Below are positions 59,330 to 64,000 of a stretch of DNA of 64,000 nucleotides, one piece after another. The first letter of the stretch is position 1. Each line of letters begins with the position of its first letter. The position numbers and the translations under genes are program-made. The notes under the pieces are model-generated. The model was not told the DNA's origin. It ran no database searches and saw only the letters and a program-made list of their open reading frames with translations. The stretch is from Azolla caroliniana (taxonomy: Eukaryota; Plantae; Polypodiophyta): the NCBI GenBank assembly GCA_043228905.1, contig JBHGNT010000012.1, forward strand, positions 14,136,001-14,200,000. Direction: 5' to 3'.

Positions 59330-60100
59330 TTTGCAACAATGTTAATAAGAAATAAGGAAATTTCTGGTAGGGATTAAAAACTTTGCCCAACATTGTGAGC
59401 AGAAAGGATATATTGGAGTTCTCAAGTAATGCTTTGAAGTATGTGAGCGTTGAGGATAGATTACTAGAGGCACTAAGGATGGAGCGACAAGATGCCAAAA
59501 TGTCAAATTTGGAACATTATATTGCAAATATTAACTACCAACATTGGTCCCAATATAAGAAAAAAATGCCAAAACATAAAATCGCATCCCACTACCTCCG
59601 TGAGCCTTGTCTCTCAAAGAGCCTTAAATTCTTTGAACTCTCTCACGCAATTGGTTCCAATATAAGGAAAAAATGCCAAAATGTCGTCCCACTACCTCTG
59701 TGAGCCTTGTCTCTCGAAGAGCCTTAACACTTCTATGAACTCGCTCACACAATTGGTCCCAATATAAGGAAAAAATGCCAAAATATATGAAATTGCATCC
59801 CACTACCTCTGTGAGCCTTGTCTCTCGAAGGCCCTTAACACTGCTTTGAACTAGCTCACACAAGTTAGGTGTTGAGATAATATCATGGCATCATCACCCA
59901 AATATGAAGATATGCAATGAAAACCTAGTGGAGGATGAATATCACTTACTTATCATGTGCTCAATATATATGGTTATTTGTGAAAAATATGATGACTTCT
60001 TAGACGGGCATGATAATGTGAGTGTCATACGCAAATCTCCACCAAGAAGGGTGAGCACATGTACATGCATTGTTTTCACCTCAAGAGATTTTACTTTACC
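59330..60100 (+). mobile_element. LINE ORF2 3'-end remnant with an internal triplication (59542-59862)
   Basis: HKLGVE...KICNENLVEDEYHLLIMCSIY resembles the C-terminal zinc knuckle of non-LTR ORF2. Confidence 0.6.
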
Positions 60101-60466
60101 TAACTTTAGCACTTTTCATTCAAATAGCATATATCGATTCTCACACATCCTTATCCTTTACTTCAAAAATTAACATGCTTATTTGCTTTTCCTGATGAGA
60201 GCAATAAGTTTACCATTGCTCTTATGATGACAACAAAGAGACAGGTACTCCTTGAACTCCTCCGGAACATTGGGAGGAAATTGGAAACCTCATAGTTCCA
60301 TGTTGTGTTAAAATATGGACAAATGTTAAAAATCTCATTAGCATATGTTGTTTGAATATAACCATTTTTGCCAACTTTTCACTCAAGCCTCTACCATTCA
60401 CCAAGTTTTCACCTCACCAATTTTGCACACTTCATGTTTCATCACATTATGGGGTTCATTAAGTAC

Positions 60467-60660
60467 TAGGAATTGGCAAATGTTCGGTTTAAACCGAATA
60501 GAACTGCCAAACCGTGGCTTAATGGTTTAAACGATTCAGGTTTAAGTTTTTATCAATGGTTTAGTTTTGGTTTCGGTTCGGTTTGGTGGTCAACAATTTA
60601 GTTTGTTTTGAGACATTATCAGCTTAAAAGTTTCCGATTTAAATGGTTTGGAACCGTGGG
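60467..60660. mobile_element. Possible MITE or hAT-end remnant
   Basis: TAGG start followed by clustered AACCG/CGGTT motifs. No partner end was found. Confidence 0.35.
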
Positions 60661-61026
60661 GTTTTTTTTAGTAACACTTTTATTACTAGTGGTAAACCTC
60701 AAAGTGAGGTGAAAACCCACAAAGAATAAAGAGAAATATACAAGTGTCGATTAGACATGAAAGAGCTTAAAAGCACTCAAAGTAAAGAGTGTAAATTTGT
60801 AGTTTGATGTCTCTAAGTTGCAAACAATCAAATGGATTGCTTAAAGAAGCTAACTTCATGCAATTGGTTCTAATAAAAGACCTTAGAGAAGTGCCCAAAA
60901 TCTTGTCCATTAGAGAAAATAGGCATTGCTTGATTGGGGGCACGGAATTTGTCCAAATAACCAAAAGTATTTCCCAAACCTTCAGCCAGGAAATCTTTGA
61001 GAAAGAGATGCACTTAATCTTTGTAC

Positions 61027-64000
61027 TGTTGAGAAACTCGGCGCTTTCCGATCGTTCGCCTCTCGGCCACAACCGAGGAAACACGGATCAATGCAGCAGA
61101 AATAGAAAAACACAGAGAGAGACTCGAATGCACAGGGTTTAGCGTGGAAAACCCTAGACGGGAAAAAACCACGGGAGTGCAAGACTCCAACTATCACTAT
61201 ACGCAGGGAATGTACAATGGCGAGCTGCAAGGCGACGACCTTGAGCTCGCTGTCCTCGCCACAGACGGCGGTATTACACAGAGGCGTCGACCTCTTCCTT
61301 CCTCTCTCTCTCTCTCTCTCTCTCGGCTGCTCTCACTTCGCTCCCTCTAAGTGGAAAACAGAAAAATGAGCAACAACAACAAACTGTTTGCCCTAAATCA
61401 TATTTATACACATATGACTTTCGGGCTATTTACAACTATAGCCTCAAGGGCCCTTGGCAAACATATTCACAAATATGTCCCCGCATCCGGATCTCTCTCC
61501 GGGTACATTCGTCATCCGGCTCCGTAACCAGGGTCTTCATCATCCGGCTCCGTAGCCGGGGTCTTCATCATCCGGCTCCGTAGCCGAGGTCTTCATCATC
61601 CGGATCTGATACTGGGTTCTCCTCATTCGGGTCTTCATTCCCGATTCCCGGACATCCGACCATCCCATCCGGAGGGACCGTAATCCCAACAAACTCCCCC
61701 TTGTCCGACCTTCTTTCGGCACGCTTCCAGCTTGTCGGGTGTGAGCACTTTGGTCAGCATGTCTGACCCGTTCTCGTCCGTGTGGATCTTCGTCAGCACG
61801 AACTCCTGGTCTTCTATCCTTTCCCGGATCCAGTGATATCTTCGCTGGATGTGCTTCGTCCGGGAGTGATAGGCCGCGTTCTTCGCAAGGTGGATGGCAC
61901 TCTGACTGTCGCAGTAGAGTCGGTATTCCTCCTGCCGGATACCGAGCTCTCTAATGAATTCCTTCATCCATATCATTTCCTTGCCGGCTTCAACAGCCGC
62001 CATGTACTCCGCCTCCGTGGTTGACAACGCAACCGTCTTCTGCAGCCTCGACTGCCACGAAACAACTCCCCCTGCATACGTCATCACATACCCTGATGTG
62101 GACCGGCTGGTATCTACATCAGCCGACATATCCGAATCGGTAAAGCCGTCGAGTTCGGGCTTACCGGAGCCGAATCGGAGGCACACGTTTGTCGTGCCCT
62201 TCAGGTATCAGAGTATCCACTTGGCCGCGTTCCAGTGCTCTTTGCCGGGATTGCTCATGTACCGGCTCACCACTCCGACTGCATATCCTATGTCCGGTCT
62301 TGTACACACCATTGCGTACATCAAGCTTCCGACGGCAGAGGCATATGGTACTTTCATCATGTCCTCCTTCTCAGCCTTTGTCTTGGGGCTTTGCTTGCTG
62401 GACAACTTGCAGTTTGTCGGGAGGGTTGACCCGACCGGTCTTGCTTCCGACATGTTGAACCGGTGAAGCACCTTTGTCACGTACTTCTCCTGTGACAGCC
62501 ACAACTGCTTCTTCTTCCGGACCCGGATGATGTGCATCCCTAGTATTTGCCTCGCCGGACCCAGGTCCTTCATTGAGAAGGTTCGGTGAAGCGCTTTCTT
62601 CAGCATCCATATCTTGACCTGGTCCCGTCCAACGATCAACATGTCGTCCACGTACAGGAGGAGTATTAGAAAGTCTCCTCCTTCGAACTTCTTCACAAAC
62701 ACGCAGTGATCGGACTGCGTTTTGTGGTACCCTTCGTCGGTCATGAAAGAGTCGAACTTCTGGTACCATTGCCGGGGAGCCTGCTTCAGTCCGTAAAGGC
62801 TCTTCTTCAACCGGCATACCAGGTGCTCCTTCCCTTTCTTCTCGAATCCTTCCGGTTGCTGCATGTAGATCTCTTCTTCGAGGTCACCGTGAAGGAATGC
62901 CGTCTTCACGTCCATCTGTTCTACCTCGAGGTCCATGCTTGCCGCTATGCTCAGCACCGTCCGGATGGAGGTCATCTTCACTACCGGGGCAAATATCTCG
63001 TCGAAGTCGACGCCCTTCTTCTGCTGGAACCCCTTCACCACGATCCTGGCTTTGTATCTCGGGGGGTTTCCGGCATCTCCCGGTTTCAGCTTGAACACCC
63101 ACTTGTTTCGAAGTGCCCGCTTTCCTTTCGGCAACTCCACAAGTTCATATGTGTGGTTCTCATGCAGGGAATCCATCTCCTCCTGCATGGCACTTAACCA
63201 CCTGCGGCTATGGGTGTCAAGCTTTGCTTCTTCAAAACTCTCCGGCTCCCCCTCGTCGGTTAGCAGCACGTGCTCTGGTTCTGGAAATCTCCGGGGGGCC
63301 CTTCTCTCTCTTAGAGGATATCTCCGTTCCGGAGCTTCGGTAACCGGCTCCTCCGTTTCCTCTTCATCCGAATCCATTTCGGGATCAGGGCCGGTTCCGG
63401 TATCAGTTTCATCTTCCTCGGCCGGTTCTGTTTCTTCATTGTCTTCGGCCGGATCCTCGAGTGCGAACCGGTCCCTTGCCGGTCGGGACTGCTCCTCATA
63501 GAGTTGATCCTCACCGGTCGACTTGGAGCTCTTCATCTTCTTCTCCGACTCCCAGTCGGCGAGTGTCTTGTCCTCCATGAAGATGATATCACGACTCCGG
63601 AATATCTTTTTGTCGACCGGGTCCCATACTCGGTAGCCGAACTCGTCATCGTCGTAACCGAGGAATATGCATGGCCGGGTCTTTGGATCTAGCTTTCCTC
63701 TCCGGTCCTTTGCCACATGCACATATGCGAGACACCCGAACACCTTCAGATGCCGGTAGGATACTTCCCTACCGGTCCACACTCTCTGCGGCGTGTCTCC
63801 GTCCAAAGGTACTGAGGGTGATCTGTTTATCACGTATGTCGCCGTCGACATTGCCTCAGCCCAAAACCCCTTGGGTAATTTCGCATGCGCCAGCATACTC
63901 CGGACCCTCTCCATTATGGTCCGGTTCATCCTCTCGGCCAGCCCGTTCAGTTCCGGCGTCTTCGGCACAGTAAACTCGAGCCGGATTCCCTTCGAGCGAC
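61027..64000 (-). mobile_element. Copia family B element, cut by the window end
   Basis: 3' LTR 61027-61691, PPT 61692-61701, open INT-RT ORF 62208-63968 and RNase H 61635-62186. Highly similar to 50825-56222. Confidence 0.97.

Overview
This is a gene-free, deeply nested transposon landscape from a eukaryote, most likely a non-seed land plant such as a fern (inferred from the Tcn1-like chromoviruses, Sola-like transposases and plant host-gene fragments). I found no intact cellular gene. The left end (1-8.3 kb) is a large DNA transposon remnant: a Sola2-like DDD transposase faces a multi-exon RING/FCP1-like accessory gene and is studded with palindromic TAGCTAATTAGCTA satellites. The rest is a stack of LTR elements and DNA transposons. 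Ty1/copia elements include two full-length copies with TSDs (13533-19201, 50825-56222), one cut by the window edge, a solo LTR and fragments. Tcn1-like Ty3/gypsy chromoviruses include one complete copy (46309-56978, TSD GTTGG). There are also hAT and Sola1-like transposases, a LINE remnant and a ParB-like ORF. Four observations stand out. (1) A TSD-bounded non-autonomous LTR element (31772-38782) carries an intronless mosaic of host genes (aspartate aminotransferase, XRCC3-like, HSP70). (2) This element and a second, different LTR (20952-21494) have a sense copy of a tRNA-Arg 3' end (an inverted PBS) where the polypurine tract should be. (3) Several gypsy LTR families carry an outward-facing tRNA-like A/B-box module in U3. 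(4) Two chromovirus families show a Tf1-type self-priming signature instead of a tRNA PBS. All family names come from motif recognition, and all identities and counts are visual estimates, not computed values.
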